Made by a program: the position numbers and the translations under genes. This document shows positions 1 through 10,831 of a DNA stretch of 64,000 nucleotides, piece by piece; position 1 is the first letter of the stretch, and each line of letters begins with the position of its first letter. The DNA is from an uncultured Gemmatimonadales bacterium (GTDB taxonomy: Bacteria; Gemmatimonadota; Gemmatimonadetes; Gemmatimonadales; GWC2-71-9): NCBI GenBank assembly GCA_963825055.1, contig CAWGSK010000013.1, positions 73,399 to 137,398 of the forward strand, written 5' to 3'. The notes beneath the pieces are model-generated. The model was not told the origin of the DNA. It saw nothing but the letters and a program-made list of their open reading frames with translations, and ran no database searches.

Positions 1-600
1 CTCGCCGCGCGACAGCCGTTCCCGCACGTCCTCGGGAAGCTCGTCGTATGCGTCGGCGATTGACAGTTCCTCCAGCGAGTAGTGCGCCTCGGGGTTCCCG
101 GCCAGGGCCTGCCGCGTCTGCTCGCTCCGGCTGAAATGCCCGCGGAGCGGGAAGTCCTTCCGGAGCGGGTAGCCCTCGGAATAGGTCTCCCACATGAGGA
201 TGCGGCGGAGGTCCGGATGCCCCGCGAACGTGATGCCAAACATGTCGTACACCTCGCGCTCCATCCAGTCGGCGCCGCGCCACAGGTCCACCACCGAATC
301 CACCTCCAGGGGGCCTGCCTTGTCGAGTGTCGCCTTGACCCGCAGGTCCGCCCGGCGCTCGAGCGACCGGAGCTGGTAGACCACCTCCAGGTCGCGTTCA
401 CGGTCGCGGTACTCGACGGCGGTGATGTCGGTGAGGTAGTTGAACGCCTGCCCCGGCGTGTCGCGGAGCCAGGCCAGGACGTCGTGGGCCCGGTCCCGGT
501 CCACGAACACGATGCTGTCACCGCACGACACCTCGGCACGGCCGATGGCGTCGCCGAACGCGGCGCGGAGCGCGGCCACCGACGGGCTCGGGGCCGTCAT
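1..600 (-). CDS. nuoC: NADH-quinone oxidoreductase subunit C (3' end runs off window)
   Basis: Own translation from ATG 600..598: [80 protein letters not shown]... (30-kDa subunit-like). 4-bp overlap with the nuoB stop. Gene order is nuoA-B-C. Confidence 0.8.
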   Translation of the reverse strand, partial: MTAPSPSVAALRAAFGDAIGRAEVSCGDSIVFVDRDRAHDVLAWLRDTPGQAFNYLTDITAVEYRDRERDLEVVYQLRSLERRADLRVKATLDKAGPLEVDSVVDLWRGADWMEREVYDMFGITFAGHPDLRRILMWETYSEGYPLRKDFPLRGHFSRSEQTRQALAGNPEAHYSLEELSIADAYDELPEDVRERLSRGE

Positions 601-1232
601 GCGGAGCGGGTCTGGTGCACGGAGTTGCCGAACGGCTCGCTCAATTCGTCCACCCGCTCGGGCGGCAGGAACATGCCGCGCTCATCCACCAGCTGCTCGT
701 CACGCAGCGTCGGGTCCACGAAACTCTCCCCGCGGATCTTCTTCTGGAGCAGCATGATGCCGTAGAGCAGGCCCTCGGGGCGCGGCGGGCATCCCGGGAC
801 GTAGATGTCCACCGGGATGATCGTGTCGATCCCCTGCACCATGGCGTAGTTGTCGAAGATGCCGCCCGAACTGGCGCAGGCGCCCATGGAGATTGCCCAC
901 TTCGGCTGCGGCATCTGGTCCCAGATCTTCCGGATGACCGGCGCCAGCTTGAACGGCAGCCGGCCGGCACAGATCAGGACGTCGGCCTGGCGGGGCGAGA
1001 AGCTCTGGCGCTCCATGCCGAAGCGGGCAAGGTCGAAGCGGCTCGCCGCGGTCGCCATGTACTCGATGGCGCAGCAGGCGGTCCCGAACGGCATGGGCCA
1101 CAGGGAGTTGGACCGGGCCCAGTTGGACAGGAAGTCCAGGGTGGTCGTGATGAAGTTGGGTGACGCCACCGAGAGCTGGGGCGAGCCATCGATGGTCTGC
1201 CGGGTCTCGGTGGCAGGGTTGACTACTCCCAT
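597..1232 (-). CDS. nuoB: NADH-quinone oxidoreductase subunit B
   Basis: 211 aa with [15 protein letters not shown] and GCPPRPEGL Fe-S cluster motifs typical of NuoB. Confidence 0.95.
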   Translation of the reverse strand: MGVVNPATETRQTIDGSPQLSVASPNFITTTLDFLSNWARSNSLWPMPFGTACCAIEYMATAASRFDLARFGMERQSFSPRQADVLICAGRLPFKLAPVIRKIWDQMPQPKWAISMGACASSGGIFDNYAMVQGIDTIIPVDIYVPGCPPRPEGLLYGIMLLQKKIRGESFVDPTLRDEQLVDERGMFLPPERVDELSEPFGNSVHQTRSA

Positions 1233-1588
1233 TCCAGCGCTCCTCGCTTCCAGACATACACATACCCGACCAGCAGGATCAGTACGAACACCAGCATCTC
1301 GACCAGGAGCAGCCCGCGGAGGTCCGTCATCTGGTTGAAGGCAGCCGCCCAGGGAATCATGAACACGGCTTCGATGTCAAACACGATGAACAGCATCGCG
1401 ATGAGGTAGAACTTCACCGAAAACCGCTCACGCGCCGTACCGAGCACGGGCATTCCCGACTCGTACGGGGCGCGCTTGACGGCGGTGGGCCGGGAATTCG
1501 AGAGGACGGCCGACATCCCGATCATCAGGATCGCGTTGGCCACGACAAAGGCGAGAACGAGCAGGATCGGGATGTAGGTGTTGAGCAT
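1223..1588 (-). CDS. nuoA: NADH-quinone oxidoreductase subunit A
   Basis: 121-aa, three-TM protein (YESGMP...FDIE motif) directly upstream of nuoB. Confidence 0.9.
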   Translation of the reverse strand: MLNTYIPILLVLAFVVANAILMIGMSAVLSNSRPTAVKRAPYESGMPVLGTARERFSVKFYLIAMLFIVFDIEAVFMIPWAAAFNQMTDLRGLLLVEMLVFVLILLVGYVYVWKRGALEWE

Positions 1589-1767
1589 CGGCCGGTTTCG
1601 TGAAAAAATTCACTTGCTGCCCAGCGCGGTAAGGTAAGGGGACATAAGGGGATATTCAACTGGCCCCACGCACCCGCGACGGGCCCTCTGCGAGCCCGCG
1701 ATTATATTGCCCGCATTCGCGGCGGGAGACCCGCCCCGCCCCCATCGATCGCGTACCACGAGGGACC

Positions 1768-2328
1768 ATGTCCATCAAGTCCGACCGCTGGATCCGCCGG
1801 ATGGCCCACGAGCACGGGATGATCGAGCCCTTCGTGGAAAAGCAGGTCAAGGCCGGCGCCATTTCCTACGGTGTCTCGAGCTACGGCTATGACATGCGCG
1901 TGGCCCCCGAGTTCAAGATCTTCACCAACGCCCTCTCGGCGATCGTGGATCCCAAGCACTTCGACGCCAACAGCTTCGTGGAGTTCCAGGGCGACGTGTG
2001 CATCGTACCGCCCAACAGTTTCGCACTGGCGCGGTCGGTGGAGTACTTCAGGATCCCCCGGAACGTGCTCACGATCTGCGTGGGGAAGTCCACCTACGCC
2101 CGCTGCGGGATCATCACCAACGTCACCCCCTTCGAACCGGAGTGGGAAGGCCACGTGACCCTGGAGATCAGCAACACCACCCCGCTGCCGGCCCGGATCT
2201 ATGCGAACGAGGGGATCTGCCAGGTCCTCTTCTTCGAGGCCGACGACGACGATGTCTGCGAAACGAGTTACGCGGACAAGAAGGGGAAGTACCAGGCCCA
2301 GCAGGGCATCACCCTGCCCCGCCTCTAG
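1768..2328 (+). CDS. dcd: dCTP deaminase
   Basis: 186 aa; [13 protein letters not shown]...YGYDMRV...[11 protein letters not shown]...[14 protein letters not shown] is characteristic of Dcd. Confidence 0.95.
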   Translation: MSIKSDRWIRRMAHEHGMIEPFVEKQVKAGAISYGVSSYGYDMRVAPEFKIFTNALSAIVDPKHFDANSFVEFQGDVCIVPPNSFALARSVEYFRIPRNVLTICVGKSTYARCGIITNVTPFEPEWEGHVTLEISNTTPLPARIYANEGICQVLFFEADDDDVCETSYADKKGKYQAQQGITLPRL

Positions 2329-2440
2329 CGGCCTGACGGACCGGTCGGGGCGCGTCCCGCAGGCGCGGCGCCCCACCGGCCCGGGCGCCGGGCCCCCCCT
2401 GGCCCGGCGCGGTCCACGCGCCTGCGATGGACCATTGCCC

Positions 2441-4429
2441 ATGTCGGCGTGCCGTATCCTCGCGACCCTGGCGCTCCTCGGCGCCTCCACCCTTTCCGCC
2501 CAGCAGCCGGCCACCCCGGCACCACCTCCACCCGCCCGGCGAGCCCCGGCTCCGACCGCCGAAGTGACCCTCCGGCCGGCCACCGGCGACACCAGTATCT
2601 TCGCTGCGCTCGTCATGCGCCCCGGCGACATGGTCCGGCGCCCGACCGGCGCCCCCGGCCCCGCCTACTGGCAGCAGCGGGTCGACTACGATATCGCCGC
2701 GACGCTCGATACCGCTACGAAGCACCTCCGGGGGGTCGTGACCGTCCGGTACACGAACAACAGCCCCGATACCCTCGCGCACCTCTGGATGCAGCTTGAC
2801 CAGAACCTGTTCCGGGACAGCAGCACCGGATCGCTGCTCAATCCGCCCGACAGTCGCTTTGCGGCGGAGGGGTTCCGGGGCGGCTATGACCTGGATTCCG
2901 TGGTCCAGCTCCCGGCGGGCCGCGGGGCCGCGACCGCGATCCCGCACCACGTGGACGGGACCCAGATGCGGCTCGACCTGCCGGCGCCGGTGGCGCCGGG
3001 GGCGACGACCAGTTTCCTGATCGGCTACACGTTCATGATCCCGGAGCACGGCGCGGACCGGATGGGCCGCGACGGCGCGCTCTACGAACTGGCCCAGTGG
3101 TATCCGCGGATGGACGTGTACGACGACATCCGCGGCTGGAACACCGACCCGTACCTCGGACAGGGCGAGTTCTACCTCGAATACGGGGACATGACCTACG
3201 CCATCACGCTGCCGGCGGGCTACATCATGGCCGGCTCCGGTACGCTGCAGAACCCGGAGACGGTGCTCACCCGGAGCCAGCGCGCCCGTCTCGCCACCGC
3301 CATCACCTCGGACACCACCATCGCGATCGTGACCGCGGACGAACTGGCCGCCGGCACCGCGCGCCCGCGAAGCACCGGCACGCTCACCTGGAAGTGGAAG
3401 GCGGAAAACGTCCGCGACGTCGCCTGGGCCGCCTCGCCGGAGTACCAGTGGGACGCGTCGGGCTGGGAAGGGATCCTGGCCCAGGCCTTCTACCGGCCTG
3501 CGGCCACGCTCTGGAAGGAAGCCGCACGGATGACGCGCGCCTCGATCCGGGAGTACAGCACCCGGTGGTTCAAGTATCCGTACCCGCAGATCACCTCGGT
3601 GGAAGGCCCGGTGACGGGGATGGAATACCCGATGCTGGACATGGACGGGACCGACAATACCCGGGAAGGGCTCTACAGCACGGCCACGCACGAGATCGGG
3701 CACAACTGGTTCCCGATGATCGTGGGCTCGAACGAGCGGCGCTATGCATGGATGGACGAGGGTTTCAATACCTTCATCAATACCTTCTCGGAAGAGGATT
3801 ACTTCCAGCGGAGCGACAGCGCGCGCCGGATCGGCGAGCAGGCCTTCGTGCTCCGGAACGACCAGTCGCCAACGGCACAGCCCATCATTACGCCGGCAAA
3901 CCGGTACATCAACAATGCCAACCTGGGCAGCCTGGCGTACATCAAGCCCAGTATCGGACTGCTGACCCTCCGCAACAAGATTCTGGGCCCGGCACTGTTC
4001 GATGCGGCCTTCCAGGAGTACATCCGCCGCTGGGCCTTCCGGCACCCGACCCCGACCGACTTCTTCCGCAGCATGGAGGACGTCTCCGGACGCGACCTGT
4101 CATGGTTCTGGCGCGGCTGGTTCCTGACCACCGCGGCGCTCGACCAGGCGGTGGAGGACGTGAGCCAGCAGTACCAGAGCGGGTACAACATCGCCAGGAT
4201 CACCATCGGCAACCACGGCCAGCAGGTCATGCCGGTGGAGATGCGGCTCACCCTGGCGGACGGCACCACGCAGAGCGTCCGCCTGCCGGTGGAGATCTGG
4301 TATGACGGGAATCGCTACACGGCCACGGTCCGCACCAGCTCACCGGTGACCGCCGTGATGCTCGCGCCGGACAGGATGTTCCCGGATGTGGACTATTCGA
4401 ATAACGGGTGGAGCGCCGGGACGCCCTAG
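2441..4429 (+). CDS. Secreted M1-family zinc metallopeptidase (aminopeptidase N-like)
   Basis: HEIGHNWF...WMDEGF gluzincin motif. I trimmed the start to the ATG at 2441, which gives signal peptide MSACRILATLALLGASTLSAQQ. Confidence 0.85.
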   Translation: MSACRILATLALLGASTLSAQQPATPAPPPPARRAPAPTAEVTLRPATGDTSIFAALVMRPGDMVRRPTGAPGPAYWQQRVDYDIAATLDTATKHLRGVVTVRYTNNSPDTLAHLWMQLDQNLFRDSSTGSLLNPPDSRFAAEGFRGGYDLDSVVQLPAGRGAATAIPHHVDGTQMRLDLPAPVAPGATTSFLIGYTFMIPEHGADRMGRDGALYELAQWYPRMDVYDDIRGWNTDPYLGQGEFYLEYGDMTYAITLPAGYIMAGSGTLQNPETVLTRSQRARLATAITSDTTIAIVTADELAAGTARPRSTGTLTWKWKAENVRDVAWAASPEYQWDASGWEGILAQAFYRPAATLWKEAARMTRASIREYSTRWFKYPYPQITSVEGPVTGMEYPMLDMDGTDNTREGLYSTATHEIGHNWFPMIVGSNERRYAWMDEGFNTFINTFSEEDYFQRSDSARRIGEQAFVLRNDQSPTAQPIITPANRYINNANLGSLAYIKPSIGLLTLRNKILGPALFDAAFQEYIRRWAFRHPTPTDFFRSMEDVSGRDLSWFWRGWFLTTAALDQAVEDVSQQYQSGYNIARITIGNHGQQVMPVEMRLTLADGTTQSVRLPVEIWYDGNRYTATVRTSSPVTAVMLAPDRMFPDVDYSNNGWSAGTP

Positions 4430-4431
4430 CC

Positions 4432-4512
4432 GGTGAACGGTGAACGGTGAACGGGCCCTGCACGACCCCGTTCACCGTTTACCGCTTACCGTTTACCACT
4501 TGCCGTTCACCG
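4432..4512. repeat. Inverted heptamer arrays: (GGTGAAC)x3, 13-nt spacer, then about 6 GTTCACC/GTTTACC-like units
   Basis: Read directly. It sits between convergent genes (M1 peptidase stop 4429, phosphatase stop 4507) and can fold into a long imperfect hairpin. Confidence 0.85.
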
Positions 4513-5223
4513 CTTCCGCGTCACCTTCCGCACCCACCCCCCGTATATCGGATTCGGCAGCAGGAAGAAGCGTGACCCGAAGGCTTCGTCGCGGCCGGCG
4601 TCCGGCAGCGGCTCGCCCTCCGCGGGGAAGTCGCCCATCGCATCACCCATGTAGACCAGCACTTTGACCTGTTTTCCGGGCCAGGCGCACGCGCCCTCGC
4701 CTCTGGCGATCTGTGCCCGCCGGCCGGCCTTGGTATCCGCGCTGTCCCGCTTGAGGCAGAGCAGATCGTCGGCCTTGAAGAGGCCGAAGGTCTCCAGGTT
4801 GTCGCGGGTGGCCTCGCGGGTGATGTCGTCCCGGTTGGTCACGTAGGCCACCTTCCCGCCCAGCGCGCGAACTCCGTCCACGAAGTCACGCACCCCCGGC
4901 ACCATCCCCGCCTCACGCCGCTCCACCCACGCCGTCCACGACGGATTGTCAAACGGCAGGTCGTACGCGAGCCTTTCGAGCTCATAGACCGAGTTGTCGA
5001 GCGTCGACTCGTCCACGTCCAGTACCACCCCCCACGGGGCCTTTCCCACGCTGTCCCGCCCCCGCCGGGCCGCCACCAGGGCCTGGCGGTAGACCTGCCG
5101 GGTCAGGGTCGCGTACTCCGCGGCATCCCGGACGTACTTCACGTCGCGGCCGGTCGTCACCTGGGCGGCCAGGACGCCGGGCACGGACATGAGACAGAAC
5201 AGCAGCAGGGACAGCCGGCGCAT
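4507..5223 (-). CDS. HAD-IIIB / class C acid phosphatase, 5'-nucleotidase lipoprotein e(P4)-like
   Basis: VVLDVDESTLDNS (DxDxT-type) and YVTNRD motifs. Start trimmed to MRRLSLLLFCLMSVPG (signal peptide). Confidence 0.8.
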   Translation of the reverse strand: MRRLSLLLFCLMSVPGVLAAQVTTGRDVKYVRDAAEYATLTRQVYRQALVAARRGRDSVGKAPWGVVLDVDESTLDNSVYELERLAYDLPFDNPSWTAWVERREAGMVPGVRDFVDGVRALGGKVAYVTNRDDITREATRDNLETFGLFKADDLLCLKRDSADTKAGRRAQIARGEGACAWPGKQVKVLVYMGDAMGDFPAEGEPLPDAGRDEAFGSRFFLLPNPIYGGWVRKVTRKR

Positions 5224-5453
5224 TGTCGGTCCTTTCTCGGAGAATCGAAACTCTTGACGGCCACCCCGCGTCATGCTAAATAACCAGCATAGTGCTAGTT
5301 TTTTAGCATTCGCCGCGGGAGAGGCAATTCCATGGTTCTGCGCCGGCAGGTATCGCAGTGCCGGGACGGGCAGATCATGGAGGACCCCGCGATCCCTGTC
5401 AACCTTACCCGGGTTTGCCGTGTCTTACTGGCTGACCCCGCTCCGGAGCGCCC

Positions 5454-7991
5454 GTGACTTCTGTACTAGGAATCCTGCTCGCCCTGCAGACGACGGCCGC
5501 ACCGCCACCACCGGCGGCGGCCCCAACCACCATCGTGCGCGCCACACTCGTGCAGACGGCGCCCGTCATTGACGGCCGGGACAACGACTCGATCTGGTCC
5601 ATCACCCCGCCGATTACCGGCTTCCTGGAATCGCGCCCGACCGAGGGTGCCCCGCCCCGCCTCGAAACCGAGGCGCGGGTGGCCTACGATGCCCGGAACC
5701 TGTACGTGTTCGTCCGCGCCTTCGACCCGCATCCCGACAGCATCGTGCGCCAGTTGGGGCGCCGGGACGACTACACCGCCAGCGACCGGATCATCCTGAT
5801 GCTGGATTCCTACCATGATCGCAGGACCGGCTACGAGTTCGCCGTGAACCCCGCGGGCGTGAAGGCGGACTACGCCATCTTCAACGACGGCGATGAGGAC
5901 CGGGCCTGGGATGCGATCTGGGATGTTTCGACCCGGGTGGATTCGCTCGGCTGGACGGCCGAGTACCGCATCCCGCTCTCCCAGTTGCGGTACAACGCCG
6001 GCGGCGACGGGACCTTCGGGATTCTCATCTGGCGGGACATCCAGCGCTATACCGCGGTGATGACGTGGCCCCTCTACCGTCCTTCACGCTCCGGGTTCAC
6101 CTCGCAGTTCGGGGAGCTGACCGGCCTGACCGGCCTGGGTGGCACCGGTCGCGCGGAGTTCACGCCCTATGTCGTGACCAAGAACGTGCAGGGACCGGCG
6201 TCCAGCGGATTCGGGCGCGACCAGAAGGTTACCGCGGGCGGCGACGTCAAGTACCGGCTCGCGTCCAACCTGCTGCTCAATGCCACCATCAACCCGGATT
6301 TCGGACAGGTCGAAGCCGATCCCTCCGAATTGAACCTCGGCGCGTTCGAAACCTTCTTCTCCGAGCGCCGGCCGTTCTTCGTGGAGGGGAAAGGGCTGTT
6401 CACCTTCAGCGTCAACTGCGTCATCGTGGTGGACTGCAATACGGGCGAGGGCCTCTTCTATTCCCGCCGGATCGGGCGCTCACCCCAGCTCGCCCCGGTC
6501 TACGGGAACGATGCGTCGGCCAGCGCGACGCGGATCCTGGGGGCGGCGAAAGCCACCGGCCGGCTGCCGGGGGGCTTCTCCCTCGGCGTGCTCGACGCCG
6601 TAACCGACCATATCGACGGGCCGGGCGGCACCACGCTCGAGCCCGCCGCCAACTACGGGGTCGTCCGCGCCAATCAGGACTACAACGGCGGCGACGGAAG
6701 CATCGGCTTCATGCTGACCGCGGTGAACCGCTTCACCGATTCCAGCAGCAGCCCTTACCTGCACCGGAGCGCCTACGCGGCGGGACTCGATGCCCGCCAC
6801 CGGTTCAACGGGCGCTACGAGGTCTCCAGCTCATTTGACGTGAGCCGGGTGGCCGGGAGCGCCGAGGCGATTGCCCGGACCCAGCGGACATCGGTGCACC
6901 TGTACCAGCGACCCGACGATGATCTGGCGTTCGACTCGACCCGCACTTCCCTCACCGGGACGAACATGGAGTTCCGCTTCGCGAAGGTGGGCGGCAGGGT
7001 GCTGCGCTTCGAGACGGCATACCAGCGGCGGACGCCCGGTTTCGAGATCAACGATGTCGGATTCCTCCGCCAGGCGGACTTCCAGGCCTGGACCACCTGG
7101 GCTGCCCTCGCGTTCCGGACGCCCAACCGTGTGTTCCAGCAGCTCCGCTGGAACTTCAACAACTGGGAATACTGGAACGTGGCCGGGCTGCCGACCGAAC
7201 GGGCGTTCAACACGAACGTCCACACCCAGTTCAACAACCGGTGGTGGTTCCACGGCGGCGGCACACTGGGACAGCTCGGGTCGACCTACTGCGACCGGTG
7301 CGCGCGCGGCGGTCCGGCCATCCGGCAGGACCCGTACATCGCCCCGTGGATGGGCATCGAGGGCGATGACCGCCACGCACTCGTGCCCTACCTCTGGGGG
7401 AACTACTTCCTGGGAGACGGCGGCCGGTCCGAGCGCATCAGCCTCAGCCCGGAACTGGACTTCAAGGTCTCCACCCGGTTCACTACCTCCCTGAGCGTGG
7501 ACTACTCCCACAACCGGGATGACAACCAGTACTTCGGGACGTTTACCGGCGCGGGTGGGGCTTCGCATTACACCTTCGCCCATCTCGAGCAGGAGACGCT
7601 CGGCCTGACCTGGCGCCTCGGATACACCTTCACGCCGGAGGCCACGCTCCAGGTCTATGCCTCGCCGTTCGTCTCGCGAGGCACTTATTCGAATGTGCGG
7701 GAGCTGGCCAGTCCGCGCGCAGACGACTACGACGCCCGCTACCAGCCGTACGCTGACCCGGCCGTCGCCGCTGACCCCGGCGGGTTCAACTTCCGCCAGT
7801 TCCGGTCCAACATGGTGTTCCGGTGGGAGTACCGCCCGGGCTCGACCCTGTTCCTGGTGTGGAGCCAGGGACGGCAGGCCTTCGACCCGGTGGCGGGCGA
7901 TCGGAGCTTCGGCGGAGACCTGAACGACCTGCTGGGGCGCCGCGCCGACGACACCTTCCTCGTGAAGCTCTCCTGGTGGTTCGGGCAATAG
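5454..7991 (+). CDS. Large outer-membrane/secreted protein, CBM9-like N-terminus plus DUF5916-like beta-rich body
   Basis: 845-aa intact ORF with a GTG start. APVIDGRDNDSIWS...YDARNLYVFVRAFD resembles the CBM9/DOMON-like fold. The family call is from memory. Confidence 0.65.
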   Translation: MTSVLGILLALQTTAAPPPPAAAPTTIVRATLVQTAPVIDGRDNDSIWSITPPITGFLESRPTEGAPPRLETEARVAYDARNLYVFVRAFDPHPDSIVRQLGRRDDYTASDRIILMLDSYHDRRTGYEFAVNPAGVKADYAIFNDGDEDRAWDAIWDVSTRVDSLGWTAEYRIPLSQLRYNAGGDGTFGILIWRDIQRYTAVMTWPLYRPSRSGFTSQFGELTGLTGLGGTGRAEFTPYVVTKNVQGPASSGFGRDQKVTAGGDVKYRLASNLLLNATINPDFGQVEADPSELNLGAFETFFSERRPFFVEGKGLFTFSVNCVIVVDCNTGEGLFYSRRIGRSPQLAPVYGNDASASATRILGAAKATGRLPGGFSLGVLDAVTDHIDGPGGTTLEPAANYGVVRANQDYNGGDGSIGFMLTAVNRFTDSSSSPYLHRSAYAAGLDARHRFNGRYEVSSSFDVSRVAGSAEAIARTQRTSVHLYQRPDDDLAFDSTRTSLTGTNMEFRFAKVGGRVLRFETAYQRRTPGFEINDVGFLRQADFQAWTTWAALAFRTPNRVFQQLRWNFNNWEYWNVAGLPTERAFNTNVHTQFNNRWWFHGGGTLGQLGSTYCDRCARGGPAIRQDPYIAPWMGIEGDDRHALVPYLWGNYFLGDGGRSERISLSPELDFKVSTRFTTSLSVDYSHNRDDNQYFGTFTGAGGASHYTFAHLEQETLGLTWRLGYTFTPEATLQVYASPFVSRGTYSNVRELASPRADDYDARYQPYADPAVAADPGGFNFRQFRSNMVFRWEYRPGSTLFLVWSQGRQAFDPVAGDRSFGGDLNDLLGRRADDTFLVKLSWWFGQ

Positions 7992-7998
7992 GGTGCGG

Positions 7999-8670
7999 TC
8001 AGCGGAAGGTGACGAACTCCTCGAGCGACTTCTTCGTGATGACGGGGACCACCGCGTCGTCGGCGGGATACCCGACGACGAGCACGAGAAAGGCCCGGTC
8101 GGTGGGCGGGCGCTCGAGCAGGTCGTTCAGGAACCCCATCGGGCTCGGGGTATGCGTGAGCGTCGCCAGGCCCGCATGGTGCAGGGCCGTGATGAGCATC
8201 CCCATGGCGATGCCCACCGACTCACTCACGTAGTAATGCGGTACACGGTACCCTGCCGGGTCCAGGCCGTAGCGCTCACCGAAGACGACGACGAGAACGG
8301 GCGCGGTTTCGAGGTAGGGCTTGTACTCGTCCGTGCCGAGGTGCGCCAGCGCGTCCAGCCAGGTCTGGGGCGCCCGGCCGTGATAGAACGCATGCTCCTC
8401 CGCCTCCGCCGCCACCCGGATCCTCCGCTTGAGTCCCGGATCCGCGACCACCACAAAGTGCCACGGCTGCAGGTTGGCACCGCTCGGCGCGGTGCCCGCC
8501 GCCCGGAGGCATTCCTCCAGCACCTCCCGCGGGACCGGCCGGTCACTGAACTGGCGCACGCTCCGTCGCCGCTCCAGCTCCTCACGGAAGCCCTCCGCCC
8601 TGCGTCGCATCTCCTCCTCGGGGTACTCGCGCCAGGTGTCCAGCGGCCGGAACTTCGGTGCTGCGCTCAC
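7999..8670 (-). CDS. Nitroreductase family protein (iodotyrosine-deiodinase-like)
   Basis: [41 protein letters not shown] motif. GTG start overlaps the upstream TGA (GTGA) at 8667-8670. The 412-aa track ORF is an over-extension. Confidence 0.85.
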   Translation of the reverse strand: MSAAPKFRPLDTWREYPEEEMRRRAEGFREELERRRSVRQFSDRPVPREVLEECLRAAGTAPSGANLQPWHFVVVADPGLKRRIRVAAEAEEHAFYHGRAPQTWLDALAHLGTDEYKPYLETAPVLVVVFGERYGLDPAGYRVPHYYVSESVGIAMGMLITALHHAGLATLTHTPSPMGFLNDLLERPPTDRAFLVLVVGYPADDAVVPVITKKSLEEFVTFR

Positions 8671-10772
8671 CGGCCTGGCTCCAGGAGCGCGATCGCCGCC
8701 CGGACCCGCTCCGCCGCCCTGGACACGCCACGCGCCAGGTCGGTGACCTCGTCCCGCGCACGCGCCTGGTCCCGGTCCTCCTGGGCTTCGGCGATGCCCG
8801 GCAAGGCAATGTCCGCGTAGCCATTGTTCCGGTCTGACGCGTACAGCAGGTTGCGCCGCCAGGGCCGGCCGACCAGGCCCTCCGGACGGGACATCGCCGG
8901 CTCCACCTGGCGAAGCGTACCATTCACCCGGGCCAGCAACCCGCGAGGGACGCCAGCGGTAGCCAGTCGGGCGAGACGCGCCCGGTTGAGGGACTCCCCT
9001 GCGTCGGTAAGCAAGGTGATCGCGGCATCCAGCGAGTCGTACGGCAACGCCCACCCGAGGCTGTCGGCCGCACGGCGGGATGTCGCGGCCAGGTCCGCCA
9101 GGCGCCGGCCCAGGACCGCATAGTCGAAGGGCTCCACGTCCGCATTGGCCAGCCGGGACATTGCCACGGCGACCAGGCGACCGGCGGCAGCATGACTCAG
9201 GTAGCCGGGGTCGCCGAAACGCTCCATCCAGGTCCATGTGTCATAGGCCGCATGGTACACCCCGATCGGCCCTCCGAAGCCCATCTCCAGCGCCGGCATC
9301 CCCAGGTGGCTGTAGAACCCGCCGAAATCGCTCCCGCCTCCCATCACGCCGGGAGTGACGTCCGAACTGTCTCCGGGCTGGCGCGCGTCGCGCCAGGCCT
9401 GGTATACCGACATGGTATCGTCCGGCTGGCGCACCGCCCGCGTCACCTCGCGGATGAATGGATAGAGGGATGGGGTCCCGGCGGCCCCGAACCGGCGCCC
9501 GAACGCGGACATGTCCTGGTTCAGGTAGGCTACCAGATGCTGCAGCAGGTCGTCCTCACGCGACTCCACCCATTCCGTGCTGCCCACCAGTCCCCACTCC
9601 TCCGCATCCCAGGTCGCGAAGATCACGGTCCGCCGCGGACGCCGGCCCTGGCGTGCCGCGGTTCCCATTGCGCGCGCAGCCTCGAGCAGGCTCACCGTGC
9701 CGCTGATGTTGTCCGCGGCGCCGGGACCCCAGGCATCGCGGTGCCCGCCGGCGATGACGATCTCGTCCGGCCAGTCGGTGCCCCGAAGCCGCCCGAAAGT
9801 GTTGGTGATGGTCTTCCAGCGTCGCTCCTCGGGCTCGAGCCACACCGCAACACGGACGCGTGTCGCCGAGTCACCGACGTGATACCGGAAGGGGAGTGCG
9901 CCCTGCCAGGGCTGCGGCACCGAGGGACCGCCAAGCTGCCCGAGAATGCGCGCGGCATTGCCGTATCCCAGCGGGATCACCGGGATGTGCGCGACGTCGA
10001 GGCTGTCCGGGGGGAGCCGGCGCGCGCCGGACACGGAGGACCACCCCGGTGTGGTCGGGTCCCCATCGGCGTTCAGGATGCTCCCGCGCTGTACCGCGTC
10101 GGGGCCGCGCATGGGGCCGTCGGGATAGACATCCCCACGGAAGTAGCCGTCATCCTGCGGGTCCGAGTAGAGTATCAGCCCAGCCGCCCCATGCGCTTCG
10201 GCCTCGCGCGCCTTGATGCCGCGGAAGCTGCGCCCGTAGCGCGCGATGACCACCCGGCCCTCCACCGGTACCCCGAGCCGCTCGAGTGCCTCGTAATCCT
10301 CCGCCAGTCCGTAGTTCACGTACACCACCGGCGCCGTCACGTCGCCTTCCCCGCTGGACCCGTTCATCGCCGGCCAGATTCCCGACTGCGTGGTGGGATC
10401 ATCCGGCAGCGCAGGCTCATCCAGGCGGAACCGCCTCGGGGCCGCCCCTTCGAGTTCCACCAGCTGCGAATCCGGATAGGGAAGCCAGACCCGGAACGAC
10501 ACCCGACTGGTGTCGAGTCCCCAGGAGGCCATCTGCCGCAGCACGTATTCGGCCGTCCGCTGCTGCGCAGGGGTGCCGGCCACGTGCGCCTCGGCCGAGA
10601 GGGCGTGCGAGTGCGTCCGTGCGCTCGACGGATCGGGAACGGAGGTAAGCAGCGCTTCAATCTTCGACTGCTGCGCCCAGGTGGCAGGGGTGAATCCCGC
10701 CGGGCGGTCCTGCGCGACGGCGGGGACGGAGGACAGCACGAAGGCGGCAGCCAGCAGGCCGTACATGCGCAT
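8667..10772 (-). CDS. M28 peptidase, glutamate carboxypeptidase II / transferrin-receptor-like
   Basis: 701 aa with a signal peptide, a PA-domain-like segment, the [17 protein letters not shown] and [13 protein letters not shown] zinc-site motifs, and a C-terminal dimerisation-like helix region. Confidence 0.85.
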   Translation of the reverse strand: MRMYGLLAAAFVLSSVPAVAQDRPAGFTPATWAQQSKIEALLTSVPDPSSARTHSHALSAEAHVAGTPAQQRTAEYVLRQMASWGLDTSRVSFRVWLPYPDSQLVELEGAAPRRFRLDEPALPDDPTTQSGIWPAMNGSSGEGDVTAPVVYVNYGLAEDYEALERLGVPVEGRVVIARYGRSFRGIKAREAEAHGAAGLILYSDPQDDGYFRGDVYPDGPMRGPDAVQRGSILNADGDPTTPGWSSVSGARRLPPDSLDVAHIPVIPLGYGNAARILGQLGGPSVPQPWQGALPFRYHVGDSATRVRVAVWLEPEERRWKTITNTFGRLRGTDWPDEIVIAGGHRDAWGPGAADNISGTVSLLEAARAMGTAARQGRRPRRTVIFATWDAEEWGLVGSTEWVESREDDLLQHLVAYLNQDMSAFGRRFGAAGTPSLYPFIREVTRAVRQPDDTMSVYQAWRDARQPGDSSDVTPGVMGGGSDFGGFYSHLGMPALEMGFGGPIGVYHAAYDTWTWMERFGDPGYLSHAAAGRLVAVAMSRLANADVEPFDYAVLGRRLADLAATSRRAADSLGWALPYDSLDAAITLLTDAGESLNRARLARLATAGVPRGLLARVNGTLRQVEPAMSRPEGLVGRPWRRNLLYASDRNNGYADIALPGIAEAQEDRDQARARDEVTDLARGVSRAAERVRAAIALLEPGR

Positions 10773-10831
10773 GCGTTGGTATCCTGTGGTGAGGGCGAAG
10801 CTGGAAGGAAATCAGGCCGGGGCCGAAATCG

